Source of the DNA: Mytilus californianus
Lineage: Eukaryota
Length of the DNA stretch: 64,000 bases
Direction of reading: 5' to 3'
Assembly: GCF_021869535.1 (NCBI RefSeq)
Contig: NW_026262679.1
Span: 60,760,001-60,824,000 of the forward strand
Shown here in pieces: positions 10,206 through 23,640 of this stretch. Within the stretch, counting starts at the first letter, position 1, and each line of letters begins with the position of its first letter. The position numbers were made by a program, and so were the translations under genes. The notes under the pieces are model-generated. The model did no database searches and had not been told where the DNA came from. It saw only the letters and a list, made by a program, of their open reading frames with translations.

Positions 10206-12520
10206 ATATGATACAACTTTGTTCTACGAAAATGTCAAATGAACAGTTGAAGGATAAATGTAAATGTGTTTTAACAAGTTTGAACTCGTCACATGCTTCT
10301 TTGAACAGTAACCACCCGGTCCGATTCTGACGATTTGAAGAGAGAAATCCATCAAAGATCATAATCAGCTTTAAACAGTCATGCTGGTTAAAATGAAGTA
10401 ATTATTTACATAGGCGACAATGGTAGCCTTTTTGGGTCCTACGTTTTAACTATAAAAGATCCGTTGATAAAACTGTCAAATTCTGAATTGTCAACACCTT
10501 TAGGGGTGAATAAAACTGCAAAACACATATGGTACCGCAGATTTTTTGATAGAAAAATGGCATTTTCTAAGGGTACTCTATGGTTCTAGAATTTTCAAAT
10601 AGTATGAATGATGAACACCCCTTGCTTGATTTTGCACAGAAAATATTAATGTTGCTCGTCACAGAGAGTTTCCTCCAAATTTCTCGCTATTTCTACACCA
10701 AATACCAACACTCATCTCTCACTATTTCAATTTAGAAAATGAACAGGGCAGCAGACAATAAATTTACTTCTACCTATTATCATGGATGTAAAAACTAGGT
10801 GGCGCCAGTCACTTTAATTACTTCCTTTTAACCTATATAGTAGCTACATTATGCGGAATCAGTATCACAAAACTTTATTAGTCAGCAAAATATGGAATAC
10901 AATGAAACTAAGAAAAAAATTAACCTTGTCTTTCCACCGGTTGGGGGTTACCTTTATCCGGTGGCGATGCTACACAGTGTTACCGTTATAATGATTGAAT
11001 GTTTGAGGGGATCATGAAATCAAGGTCACAATCTTAATTTGTCATATAATGTAAAACAATGAACATATGTACTAAGTTTCAAGTTAACTTAATCAATAAT
11101 TCATGGTAAACCTCCTTAATTGAAGACTTGAACCTGCGAATATAAATTGTTTCACACTTTTACATGTATGATGAACCGTGAAATTGGGGGCTAAACCATG
11201 ATGTGACATAAACTTTAACATTACTTTTCTATATGAGAATTTGACAATTAGGTCAGTTCATAAAATCGGGTTGATATAGAATTATTGCGAGGTTAGATCA
11301 TAGGAATTTTGTACTATATCGGAAATATTTGGCAGTTTACCCAACAATATCTTTGATATTTCATTAACAAATATATCGATACTTTTAAAGGGAAATATTT
11401 GAATCAATGCTAACAGTCAATAATGGAAGAAGGTGACAGATTTTATTTCAATAAGATTGATCGTATTATACTAACATACCCGTGATCCTTTGCGACACAG
11501 ATATAAACATTAGATATTGCATAACGCTCAAGTAGTAATAATGGCATCAGTTTATCTTTCTGAAAGATTACTTACTTAACAATTTAGAGACCTTGATGAC
11601 AATTCATCGTAGCAACATATAGTCTATTTTGATAGGAAACACAACCCCTGGAACATACTAAAAGTGAATTTCATCTAGTTAACCTTCGACTTTTTTAAAA
11701 CTTTTGCTTAAAAAAACATTTTCAATATATTATTTCGGAAAATCACCAGATAACTTTCTATTTATATTAAATCTTATATATACAATTGGATATTCAAAGC
11801 TGGATCAGCAAAATGGAAGTTAAGGGTCATACTAAAAACAGCTTTGACCAGCATGATGCATCTGGACCTATTAGAATCAGCTGACGGCTTACATTGATCG
11901 TGAATATTAGATGACAATTCTTGTGTAAAACACAAAATTGAAAGTTGCACTGCAAATTTGGCTTTTCATGTTGAATTTAAATTGTGTTGTCATCATAGAC
12001 ATATACTTCTGAAGACTGAAAGTTCGAGAATTTATGAGATGTGGCTTAAATTAAAATTCAAAATCAACACAGTCAACATTTGTTAATATTTGTCATTTAC
12101 AGATTATCTCTACCAGTATCACAGAAATAAATAAAGATGAGAAAAAACCCAACCAACTTCGCATATATATGAACACAGAGATTAAAGACTGCGTATTTTT
12201 TAATAGACAAATAAATACACAAATTACATTTAATTAAGGTTCGCGTTCTTACAAAAATACTAAAGTCAATACCATGTTTTCATAGATAAATTCAGATTGG
12301 TTAGTATATATATGGATTACTCTGACTGAGTTTTGCATCGCTTCGGTATTCATTAACACGTAGAAACCTGTCTGACAACATAAATATTAAAACATCTGGC
12401 TATAATTAAAAAAGAGTCGTGCCTGATGCAAATCTAGATTTATTGCTTTGAATTAAATAAAATATTAGATTTTGAGTCTTAGTTTACGAAAAAATGTCCT
12501 ATTCTTTTTTTCTTTTTTAG

Positions 12521-12566
12521 GATCAAAGCAAACAAAAGAACACTTAGACATGATGCAATCGCTTAA
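12521..12566 (+). other. Last exon of EGF-like gene copy A (phase-2 reading RIKANKRTLRHDAIA*), AATAAA about 45 nt downstream
   Basis: Strong T-rich acceptor ttttttag; homologous to 35704-35749, with the stop at the same position. Confidence 0.6.
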
Positions 12567-13469
12567 AAAGGATTTAACAAATAAAATCAACAATTGATTG
12601 AAATGTAATAATAAACATTGCATTTGAAATTGTTTTATATGTTTTGAACCAGTTTACAGAAAAGTCAAAAGCCTTTTAAAAATCTTCTTAGAAGAAATGG
12701 GCATATGTTTAACACCCAGTCTTTGATAGAACTGTGCAAAAGGCTTATTAGTTGGTCTACATGACGTGTCAACCAAATGTAATAAAATTTTGCACATATG
12801 CTTTTATAGTCAAAAGAATCAAAAGTTTTAACTTTTAAATTTGATATGATGCTATATAAATAAGAAGATGTGGTATGAGTGCCAATGAGACAACTCTCCA
12901 TCCAAGTCACAATGTATAAAAAGTTAATAATTATAGGTCAAAGTACGGCCTTCAACACGGAGCCTTGGCTCACACCGAACAGCAAGCTATAAAGGGCCCA
13001 AAAATGACTAGTGTAAAACAATTCCTTGTTTAGAGTTTGCAGCGCCATCAACTGAATAGGAATATTTCCCAAATGAAATTCAAATATGAAAGTTATAGTG
13101 CAGTAAAATAGTTTTATTCAGATATCTGAAGAATAATATAGCCTTCAAAATGGGTTTATGTGAACATCAATATTGTTTTTAATGTTTTATAGCCCGTTAT
13201 CTGTTTGACAGTCCGTAATTTCACATCTGTACCACTCATAGGTCCAGAAATTATTGTAGTGTTTTCCACCAAATATTTTACGCTCGAATCTTTCAATTCA
13301 TTTTTATGGAAAATAAGATGAAAATTAATGTTGACAGAATATGGAAGTTTGACATTTTTCAACTGAATCATAGATAGAAAAACACATTGTTTTGTCTAAA
13401 AACTCTCGTTTTACACTTTGGTATGCTATGTTTGATATTTTAAGATATTTCAAATTTTAAAAAATGCAT

Positions 13470-16210
13470 TTTAAGTGTATAATCTCCCTTTGTACCATGA
13501 TAGCAAATCAATATTCATGGCATATGATACTGTATTTGTATGTTCGTTGTTACTTAAACTAACCTTGTATAATATAATAATGCTTTTGAAAAATTTACAC
13601 TTACATTTAAAAAATTATCTACAGATAGATATTTTTAATTCATTGATTCAATGTGAGAAATTGAAACTTTAGGCATTTTTTGAATGAATTCGGGAAAGTA
13701 CTTAAACGAGAGTCCACAAATTTTGTAAGCTAAACTGCAGCATTGTTCACTCTCACGAACTCAAAAAGACAGATGAAAGTATGTTTATATTTTTAATGGA
13801 CAAAGAGCTGAATATTTTTTTAAAATGTGTACTCTTAAGATCTTGATAAATGCATTTTTACTGAATTATCTCCCGCTGTACCATAAAAAATCAATATTTA
13901 TGGCATCATATATGGTAATTATATTATGTTCATTATTTCTTAGTCTATTCTTTTCAAGTAATATAATGCTTTTGATAAAGAAATACTTTCCATCTACGAA
14001 TCGATAATTTAAATTCATTAAATTATTGAGAAAACATGCTAATTAGGCATTTTTCGAGTAGAATTCTAAGATGTTCTCAAACAAGAGCCCAGAAATGCTA
14101 TAAGCTAAAATGCATTATAAACTGTTTCACGTAAAAAGACAAACGAATGTATTTTTATTTTTTTGATGGACCAAACGCTTAACAGTTCCAAATATGTACT
14201 TTTTATGATTTTCTGAAATGACTTTTTTAGCTCACCGGGCCCGAAGGGCCCCTTGTGAGCTTATGCCATCACTTGGCGTCCGTAGTCGTCCGTCGTCTGT
14301 CTCTGTCGTCTGTCGTCTGTCGTCGTCGTAAACTATTTCTAGAATCTTCTCTGAAACTACACGGCCAAATACCTTCAAACTTTAACCGAATGTTTCTTAG
14401 TGTATCTAGTTTATAAATTGTATCCGAAGTTTTGATCCATCAACAAACATGGCCGCCATGACTAAAAATAGAACATAGGGGTCAAATGCAGTTTTTGGCT
14501 TATATCTCAAAAACTAAAGCATTTACAGCAAATCTGATGTCAGGTACAAATGTTCAATAGGTCCAGATCTATCAGCCCTTAAATTTTCAGACGAACCGAA
14601 CAACCCATTGTTGGCTTGCTGCCACTAAATTGGTAATTTTAAGGAAATTTTGCAGTTTTTGGTTATTATCTTGAATATTATTGAAGATAAAGATAAACTA
14701 TAAAGAGCAAAAATTTTCAGCAAAGTAAGATTTACAAAAAAGTTAAATGACCAAAATTGTCAATTGACTCTTTAAGGAGTTATTGCCCTTTAAAGACAAT
14801 TTTACACAATTTGTTCATCATGTTTGCTTATATTTAAAAAATCTTCTCCTCTGAAACTACGAAGCCAAATACTGCCAAACTTTAACTGAATGTTTCGTAG
14901 GATATCTATTTTATATATTTCATCCGATGTTTTGATCCATCAACAAAAATGGCCGCAATGGCTAAAAATAGAACATAGGGGACAAAAGCAGTTTTTGGCT
15001 TATATCTCAAAAACTCCAGCAGTTAGAGCAAAAGCGAAAGGAGTTAAAGTGATAAATGGGTCATGATATATCTAACATGAAATTTTTAAACAAGTTCGAC
15101 AACCCATTATTGGGTTACTGTTGGAAATAAATTTTTTTATTAAATTTTTCGGTTTTCGGTTATTTTTCTTAATATATATTATAATAGATAGAGAGAATCT
15201 GTCAATGGCAATAAATCTTCAGCTAAGTAAGATCTCTAAATAAGTCAACATGATCAAAATAGTCAGTTCACTCCTTAAGGAGTTATTGCCCTTAAAACTT
15301 TTTTTTTTTTTTTACATTTTTTCTGAAAGTGTAATTACTTTTTCAAAAATCTTCTTCTCTGAAAATACTTGGCCAAATACCCAAAAACTTTAATTAAATG
15401 TTCCTTATGGTATCTTGTTTATTGATTGTATCTTATACACTTTATAGCTTGCTGTTTGGTGTGAGCCAAGGCTCCGTGTTAAAGACCGTACTTTGACCTA
15501 TAATGGTTTACTTATATAAATTGTGACTTGGATGGAGAGTTGTCTCATTGGCACTCATACCACATCTTCTTATATCTATTATATGTACATTTTACCTATC
15601 AAGTATTCTTCAGACCAATAGTGTTGGGTTACTGTCCAGAAATAGTTATTTTTTAGGAAATTTTACAGTTTTGGGTATGTATTAACCTTAATATTATTAT
15701 AGAAAGAGAGAACGTGTAAATGACAAAAATTGTTCAGCAAAGTAAGATCTACAAATAAGTCAAATGCCTGAAACTGAAATTACAGGTGAGCGATATCAGG
15801 CTCTCATGAGCCTCTTGTTACTGGTTTCTCTCCCTTGGAATAATCCACAAAAGGTTTCTTGTAAATTTGTATTCTGATATAATGCTTTTGAAAAAGCAAC
15901 ACTTACCATTCTACAGTTATCTACAGATTGGTATTTTGAATTCATTGATTTATTGACAAAACATGTACATTTAAGCATTTTTCGAGTAGAATTCTAAAAT
16001 GTACTAAAACAGGAGCCCAAAAATTTTATAAGCCAAGATGCATTATTGACTATTTCACTTAAAAAAAAGAAGATATGTTTATATTTTCAATGGACCAAAG
16101 GCTGGATAGTTTTTAAAATATGTACTTTTTATGATTTTCTGAAATGTTTTTTCTCACTGGTTCATCTCCCTTGGAATAATCCATAAAAAGGTTTTTTTGT
16201 AAATTTGTGT
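13470..16210 (+). repeat. Three diverged ~380-bp tandem units, split by a HINE
   Basis: Shared blocks (ATAATGCTTTTGA, GCATTTTTCGAGTAGAATTCTAA, TGTACTTTTTATGATTTTCTGAAATG) recur near 13.5-13.8, 13.9-14.2 and 15.85-16.2 kb. Confidence 0.7.
14223..15819 (+). mobile_element. Helentron-associated non-autonomous element (HINE; pearl/CvA-like structure)
   Basis: 5' TTTTAGCTCACC, palindrome GGCCCGAAGGGCC, (GTC/GTCT)n microsatellite, ~500-bp internal repeats, 3' GGTGAGC, hairpin AGGCTC-TCAT-GAGCCT and CTTGTT; inserted in a T run. Confidence 0.9.
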
Positions 16211-16859
16211 AACAAATAATCAACCTTTATCTCATTGTTTTCCTCATTCATAACCTTAGGATGCAGAAATTGGTCATGTGTATGGAACATGGGGAAACTG
16301 GATCCGTATACATTACAGCATCTCCTTAGTAAAAGGCATGGAAACCAGATGAATTTTTTTTTTTTCATGGACTTTTTCCACAATGTTTTTTAAGTAAAAC
16401 AAGTTTCAATCAAATCTGATGTACCCCTTCTGGACTGTTTTGCATGGTTTTATGGTATACTGGGTGTTAATGACAAGATTGCTACGCCGTAGCGAAATAT
16501 TCCATGCGCTTATAAATAAGGTATTGAATTATGTGTCATTGTGGAAATACTAAAATTATGGTAAAACTGCCATAACTCCCATAGAAATAGTAAAATCAAA
16601 ATTACAACCACACATAATGGCAAGCAATCCTACCAAATATGAGAGCTTTCTGTCCAATGATCGAAGTGTAATGCGTTCACCATTTCAATTCTTCAAAAAA
16701 TATTCAAAGCGCGATAACTCCTGTTAAAATTGTCAAACCACAATGGCGGTACAATAAAGGTCAACTATGCATAATGGGAAATAATTCTACCAAGTATGAG
16801 AGCTTTCTACCAACAGTCTTAAAGATCACGCGTTCACATATGATTATGGTAACAACACT

Positions 16860-18075
16860 AATCTAAAGAGTCTAATATCTTGCGTTATAATGTGGCCCTG
16901 TTGTGTAGGAAGAAACGAACGCTCTGGTAATCGCCGTACACAAACGTTACTTTAGAAAAGGAGGTATTTTGGTAAATTATAAGTCCTTCATTGCCTCAAT
17001 GATTATTACATTGAAAGACAAATCTTGTTTGTATTTGAAACCCAAACGTCACAAAACTTTGTACAAACAACAGTACATTGCCGACTCATCTGATTGATCT
17101 GCTAAGGAATTGCCCGTTAGTTTAAATTACATTTTGTCTGCAGTAAAAGAGGTATTACAGAAATACTGTGATACTGTTTACTCGCTTAGTTGCATTAAGC
17201 TTATGTGGATTCTTAATAAATCAAAAGAACTTTCGGAAAATTTAAATTCTCGGTCAGTCTCTGAAATGCCATTTTGTTTTTCTTTGTTGACATATTTGTT
17301 GTTATTTATAGTGATTACGATTATAACACAATGTTGACTGCTGTACCTCTATTTTTGACATTTTTACCTATTATGTCTGTTTGTTTTGTTCACACATTGT
17401 TGTTAATATAACGGAATTTTATGCGACTCATACAATTGAGAGGTTTAGCTAGCTATAAAACCAGGTTTAATCCTCCATTTTCTACATAAGGAAATGCCTG
17501 TAACAAGTCAGGAATATGACAGTTGTTTTCCATTCGTTTGATGTGTTTGAACTTTAGATTTTGCCATTTGATAAGGGACTTTCCGATTTGAATTTTCCTT
17601 GGAGTTCGGTAGTTTTTTTAGTTTTTTTTATCAAAATCTTTGATTTGTCTTTACACCACAATACTGCATACAAGATTGAAAACCTATCTTAAAGAAATAA
17701 TCAACAATGTTGTCTCCATTGAAAAGGGTACCATACGCTACAAATTTATAGTATTGGGATACAGTTCGGCATATTTTGTTAAAAAGGAACCCGAGAATAA
17801 CAACATGCAATATCGAACAACAAGTGCTGTATGCCGAAGGTCCTCATTATAAACATATTGAATAAGGAGGTTATCGGCATTCCTATGGATCACAACTGTG
17901 GGCCTCTTCTTGATGACCTTTCTTATTATCATCGATGTTTGAGCAAAACACTGATGAGCCAGGGTTTTTCGAAGATTTTTTCTCAAAAAGTTTTTCGGAA
18001 AGTACCAAGACCAAATATTTAAATATTCAGTGTCTATTTTACAAATAATACAGGATGGTCTTGAGATATAAAATA
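16860..18075 (+). mobile_element. Decayed Penelope-like element RT fragment, interrupted by a ~360-bp retroposon tail (about 17266-17629)
   Basis: Relics of PKLHK, ILSAVKEVLQKYCDTVYS..MWIL, FDFSTLYT and IGIPM..NC.PLL.DL motifs; continuity resumes after the insertion. Confidence 0.75.
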
Positions 18076-18819
18076 TAGATGCTGACGCTGCGTATCATTT
18101 TCCCCTTTATTTGTCTTGTATTATTATATATAAATAAGAAGATGTGGTATGAGTGCCAATTTTTACACAGTTTTTGGCTGCTGAATCCCAATTATTGTCA
18201 CAATAACCACTTATGTCTGTTTAGGTTGATCACTCAAGTTTGTCAAGATAACGGAACTATGAACAACTATCAAAAAAGTGGGAGGTTATGCTAGCTAAAA
18301 AACCCAGGTTTAACACTCCATTTTCTTTAGATAATGCCTGTACCTAGTAGGGAATTTGACAGTTGTTTATCATTCGTTCTCTTTGGTGATATTGTCGAGC
18401 TTTTTATCAGGTCAGGTTTTATGGACTTTTTAATTAACCTTGGAGTTCGGTATTTTTGATAATACTTTTTCATTTTCGGAAACAAAAATATATAATCGTC
18501 GAAATCCAATAACTCATGTAAAATTATCGCATCAAAACGTCGCTTCAAAAATGTCAACTACACATGATGTAAATAATTCTTCCTTGTATAAGAGTTTCCT
18601 ATAATACAGTATACATGTAACAGGACATTGCCACAATACTAAGAAAAATGGCCAAAGTCCCATAACTCCTGTAAAATTGGTTCAATCAGAAAAGCGCTAT
18701 AATATGGTCAACGACACATAATGGCAAACAATCCTACAAAGTATGGGTGCTTTCTATAATATGATTTAAAAGGACTTGCGTTTGGTGCTATTGTCACGAT
18801 ACTATAAATAAAGAGCTGA

Positions 18820-19212
18820 GCCATGAGCGCATGATACGCCTGTCGCATTTCAAAGAATAAAGTTCCAAAAACTCCTCAATGTCATACCAGAAATTTATAA
18901 AAAACTAAAGCGAGTTTATTTTAATAGATATAAACCAGTCACCAAAGTTTCATAAAAACTGCTCAAAGCACTTTTGAGTTATTGTCCGAAAACTGGAAAA
19001 TCCCCCCTTTTCATGAATAAAATCCCATAACTCGGAAATGTAAAATTTAAAATTTATAAAAAATCAAAAGGGAGCTTACGTCAACAGATATAAATTACAA
19101 AAGTTTCACAAAAACTACTCAAAGTATTTTTGAGTTATTGTCAGAAAACTGCGAAATCTCCCTTTTTTAATGAATAAAAGCCCAAACTATGAAACGTAAA
19201 ATCTATAAAATG

Positions 19213-19215
<3 letters not shown>
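18820..19215 (-). mobile_element. HINE-type fragment with internal tandem repeats
   Basis: AAGAGCTGAGCCATGAGCGCATGATACGCC end and two copies of AAAGTTTCA..AAAACT.CTCAAAG..TTTTGAGTTATTGTC. Confidence 0.5.

Positions 19216-19274
<59 letters not shown>
19216..19274. repeat. (CT)n microsatellite, about 29 units
   Basis: Direct reading. Confidence 0.99.
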
Positions 19275-19279
<5 letters not shown>

Positions 19280-20491
19280 TATATATCTATTGTTTTTCCT
19301 TTACCTAGATAACTATATAATCGCTATAAATATCTATAAATCTCAATCTATCTGACTTTTCATTCAAAAGAGACGTGCACTATTTTTGTATTCCCTTATA
19401 TGATATAAAATAAGTATATGTACTCCTTCGGCAGATAATACCAATTATATTTTTTATTCGAAAGGCTGGAAACCGACCCAACTACCTCAAGACAGTCAAG
19501 GCATAACGAGTTTTTCGCACAATAAAGCAGAAATGACACCCTCAGCTTTTGATTTAAAGAAAAATTAGAATAAATCCCACCGATAATGCCAAAGATAATT
19601 GTGTCATCAATAACTGATTCTTTGACAAAAATTTCTTAAATGTCAAAATCAATAAAGCACCAAAAAATACATATACACCAGTGTTTTCTCTTGTGGCATG
19701 CAGGCACGTTTTATGTACATGTACGAGTCAAACTGGATAAAAGTACAAAAATAATACGGGGCAGTTATAAAATATATGTCGATGAACATGTATAAGGGAG
19801 AACCGATTATACAATGGAAAAAATTTGAAAAACAATCACGAAAAAAGAAAATAAAAAAACCCTACATAGGAACTAAATATTACAGTAACATGAACCTCTA
19901 CAAAATACGAATAAAGACGTTCTTTTTTTTCTTCGAACAAATGAGAGTAACAACAATTTGTAAAAAAATAGATAATATATGTTTAAAAAGCAGTCGTGAC
20001 AACTTTAACTGTTATAAATCTTACCAATACACCACAAAGCATACATACTACACAAATTAACCACTGGAAAAATAAAGTTGAAATTATGTTTTCATTCAAG
20101 ATTAAATTAAACCACCTTATACTTGTAGACATGTGTGTAGTCGGTTAGTACTATCCTGGAGATTTGAATATCGATGTGCATACCGGATGTAGCGAGCGTA
20201 AGTAGTAAGACAATAGCCTAACGAAAATATATACAGAGGCCTACATTAAATTTTGTAAGAGACAATTTTGGTTGTCATTGGTTCATGTCTGTCATATTTG
20301 TTTTTTCGTAAATTGTTTCGTTATAAATTAGCCCGTTAGTTTTCTCAAATGAATTGTTTCATATTTTCCATGTCGGGGCCTTTTATAGCCGGCTATACGA
20401 TATGGGTTTTTCTCATTGTTGGAGGCCGTACGGTTGCCTATAATTGCTTACATCCACTTCATTTGAACTTTGGTGGATAGTTGTCTCATTG

Positions 20492-22633
20492 CACTACAAA
20501 AGTCTAAAAGTCTGAAAAGACCAGTTTTTGTCTTAATTTGCATGAACTTTTACTCGACATTCTCCAAAAGTATGACTTGTGTCTTAATTTTTCTTGACAA
20601 ATTCTCATTTATATTAAATTTGTATGAAATTTACTCGACATATTCTCGACATTCTGAATATGGTCTTAAAATTTCTTGACAAATTCTTGACATTTGAATA
20701 CTGTCTTGAACTTTCTCGACATTCTTATTTTTTCTCAGTATGGCATGACATATTCTGAACATTTTGAATCGTGTCTTAAATTTACTTGACAGTTCTGAGT
20801 TTTACAAATCATGACCAATATTCATGATATAACTTTAATCTGTATTTCTCTTTATATGATATACTGTTGTTTCAATTTACACTTCTTTACAACAAAAATA
20901 AAAGTTGGGCATGTAAAATAATTGAAAATTTGGGTAATTATATAAATATTTTTACAAATGCAAATATGGCTATGAAATCTTTTAGTATAAAATAATTCAA
21001 ATGTGGGTGTGTTGATATAAAACAATTTCAATGTGGGTTTTTAAATAATTACAAATTTTGATTCCTAAATCTTATAAATTAAATGATTCAAACCAATCAT
21101 ACTGTAGACATATTTCATTCTACATTCATAATATTCAATGTTGATATGGTAAATAATTATTATACCAAAATGTGGTGTATATAAATAGCAAATTATGATG
21201 ATATACAAATCATTCATTTAACAGAAGAAAAATTTGTGTAATGTCATCTGTTGGAATATATTAAGTATTACACATGGACAGGATGTTCCCCATTAAATTA
21301 AGGTATTCCACACCCCAGAGTACACGCAACTGTCAAATAGAAGTTATTCAATTTGCTTTACCTGTAATCAGCCATACAACTTATCAGTTGACTGACCATG
21401 CCACTACAATTTAAAAAGTTTGTTGATAGATGAAAATGAAAATCATCATTTTGATGAAAAAAAATTGAATTGAAATGGATTTTCTTCATCAAAATTATGA
21501 AGTTAATTATTTTAACATAAAAACAAATTGAATTATTCCCAAAGATTAAAAGAAAATTATTATCTACTCCAGGAATAATAAAAAAAATGTATTTATAATG
21601 GGTCCCATCAATGATTTCTATAGAAATCATCGGTCTTATGAAATGGTTCTCAAACAGACATGCATAATATAGATCTAAACATTTTTTTCTTTTCAGGAAG
21701 GAGTTATCACAAATATTTATTTTTGATAAAAAATTATAAAATTCAACACTCAAATTTGAATAAAAAATGTTTTTGGGTTGTTCTAAAAAATGAATAAGGT
21801 TTTTGAATCAAGATGGGAACAAATTCTTTGACCTAAACAAAAGCCCCCCCCCCCTCTTTTTTTTAGCCACACAAACCCAAAATATGAATTGTGGGGGTCC
21901 AAAAGAGATACAAGACACTTATTTTAGTAAAGCAAATTTGACTGGCAGTTTTGCGAACGGCAAAAATCTAAATGCTGTTTGTCAATACCTTCGACTTATA
22001 TTCCAAGTGAAAACAATTACTTAAATGTTTAATAAAAATAAATAAAAATTAAACTACATGGGGGATTATTCAGGGTATTCCAACTTAGTTGCACCAAAAG
22101 GGTATCTTACTATACCAAATTAATCCTTGATTCTTCAAAGTTTAGTTTAGCCATAATAAAAAGGAGTATACAACAGCAATAGAATGTCTTAAACAGTGCA
22201 GAATAAGTCTGTTCACATTTCAGGCGAAATTTAAACTGTTGAGATAGTGTCAAGACATATTTAAGACTGTCAAGAATGTGTCGAGACATATTCAGACATT
22301 ATTTAGAACGTCAAGAATATGTCGAGACATATTCAGACATTATTAAGAATGTCAAGAATATGTCAAGACAGATCGAGACAAATTTAAGACAGTCAAGAAT
22401 TGGTCGAGACTAATCCAGACTCTTATCAGATGATACAGGAAGTGTCGAGAAATTTTAAGACAATGTTCATACTGTCAAGACACTTGTCAAGAAAAATCAA
22501 GAACCTTATTAGACAAATTCATACTATGTCAAGAATTTTTAAAAATTATTCAGACAAATTAAGAATGTCGAGTAAAAATTCATGCAAATTCAGACAAAAA
22601 CTGGTCTTTTCAGACTTTTTGACTTTTGTAGTG
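20492..22633. mobile_element. Non-autonomous CACTA (CMC/EnSpm)-type TIR element, 2142 bp
   Basis: CACTACAAAAG...CTTTTGTAGTG; 72-bp TIR with 3 mismatches; many subterminal CTYGACATTCT repeats; 3-bp TSD TTG. Removing it restores the host repeat GTCTCATTGGCAATCATACC. Confidence 0.93.
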
Positions 22634-23379
22634 TTGGCAATCATACCATATCTCCTTATTTTTATATTATGTAATGTAAACTGAAACCGTTACTGTATTG
22701 AATTTTCATTTTTTTTTCTCCAATTTTGTTTGATTGTAAAACATTTTTAACAAGGATATTTTCTAAACTACAACGTTGACTTTTCATAATTAAAAAAAAA
22801 GGTTATCTCCGCATCTTCCTTTTTTATTATTTAGGTAAACCGGGTTATAACCATGCACATCTCCATATTTAGAGTAAAGACTGATAGCTCATTCATTTGC
22901 CAAATGATTGACTTAACGCAATTTACGACCCAATACATCTTGTTCAATATTTCAATGACAGTAAACGGTTTCCATAAAAAGTCTATCAAGATGTCAAGTA
23001 AAATGCATGACGTCCGTCAGAGCTGGCTTTTACCTTATCAAACACAAATTTTATGAATTGCCCCACGAATTGTTCAATGAAAAGTACAACTTATAAAAAA
23101 AAACAACACATGTGACATGTTAAAGAAGGAAAGAAAAACACCATTCAACAAAACACTACCAAAAAACCAGGATTGAACTCAGGTCCTCAAGAAGGGTCAG
23201 CAGTTTTTGCTTCATAAGTGATCGACATTCTTCATAGAACTCCTTTTAAAAACAGTAGATTATTCACAACCGACAAGATTGTTACCGATAGCAAAACATA
23301 ATTTTGTAAATATTACATAATAAAAGCCCCCAAGGGTGACTAGGGAATAAAAATATTGTCACCTTGGTCTTTTTTTTGA

Positions 23380-23640
23380 CCGACAGTTAAACCCTTGCCA
23401 AAGTGGGGCGTCCGTTTGACTGTGCGGGATGTACGCAGCCTCGTCCGGTCAGAATGGGGACGTTAAATCCGACAGAATGTCGCTCTCTTTAAACGTTAAG
23501 AACCCCCTGCAAAAACTCTGAGGGTTTCGTAGGTGGTCTTTTGCAAGGCAAAATTTCTGTCCCTATCCAACATACCCTCATTTTTCAGAGGCAGTCAAAA
23601 CTTCCCAGACCTTCATCCCTAACGGCCTCTAACACGAACC
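23380..23640 (+). mobile_element. SINE-like fragment (Deu-domain-like core)
   Basis: GGGGACGTTAAATCCG...ACGTTAAGAACCC resembles the Deu SINE core from memory; no tRNA head is visible. Confidence 0.35.

Larger units (their letters stand above)
3140..10976. mobile_element. Non-autonomous TIR DNA element with TGT...ACA ends (~0.94 kb without the nested Gypsy)
   Basis: Left TGTGTAGTATCACCACCGGATATAGGTA matches the reverse complement of the right end, TGTGTAGCATCGCCACCGGATAAAGGTA (3 mismatches in 28). Flanks TTGT/GTGT. The whole interval is absent at the paralogous site near 32570. Confidence 0.8.

Noticed and set aside
12521-12597. Phase-1 reading of the last exon (GSKQTKEHLDMMQSLKKDLTNKINN*)
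   Set aside because: That frame has an early stop in paralog B and does not fit the phase of the upstream donor in either copy.
12599-12628. Hairpin TGAAATGTAAT-loop-ATTGCATTTGAA conserved in both 3' UTRs as a possible SECIS element
   Set aside because: It lacks the 5' AUGA, helix II is too short, and the tandem G-A register conflicts with the Watson-Crick register. AT-rich hairpins arise easily. Kept only as a test under the TGA finding.
20492-20800. Short regularly recurring repeats (also the GATTAC arrays) as a CRISPR-like array
   Set aside because: Irregular spacing, no unique spacers, eukaryotic context; explained as transposon subterminal repeats.
21270-21753. Captured multi-exon gene inside the CACTA core (ORF 21358-21753)
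   Set aside because: The best splice model needs a 32-nt intron, and the ORF is low-complexity F/I/N-rich text typical of AT-rich DNA.
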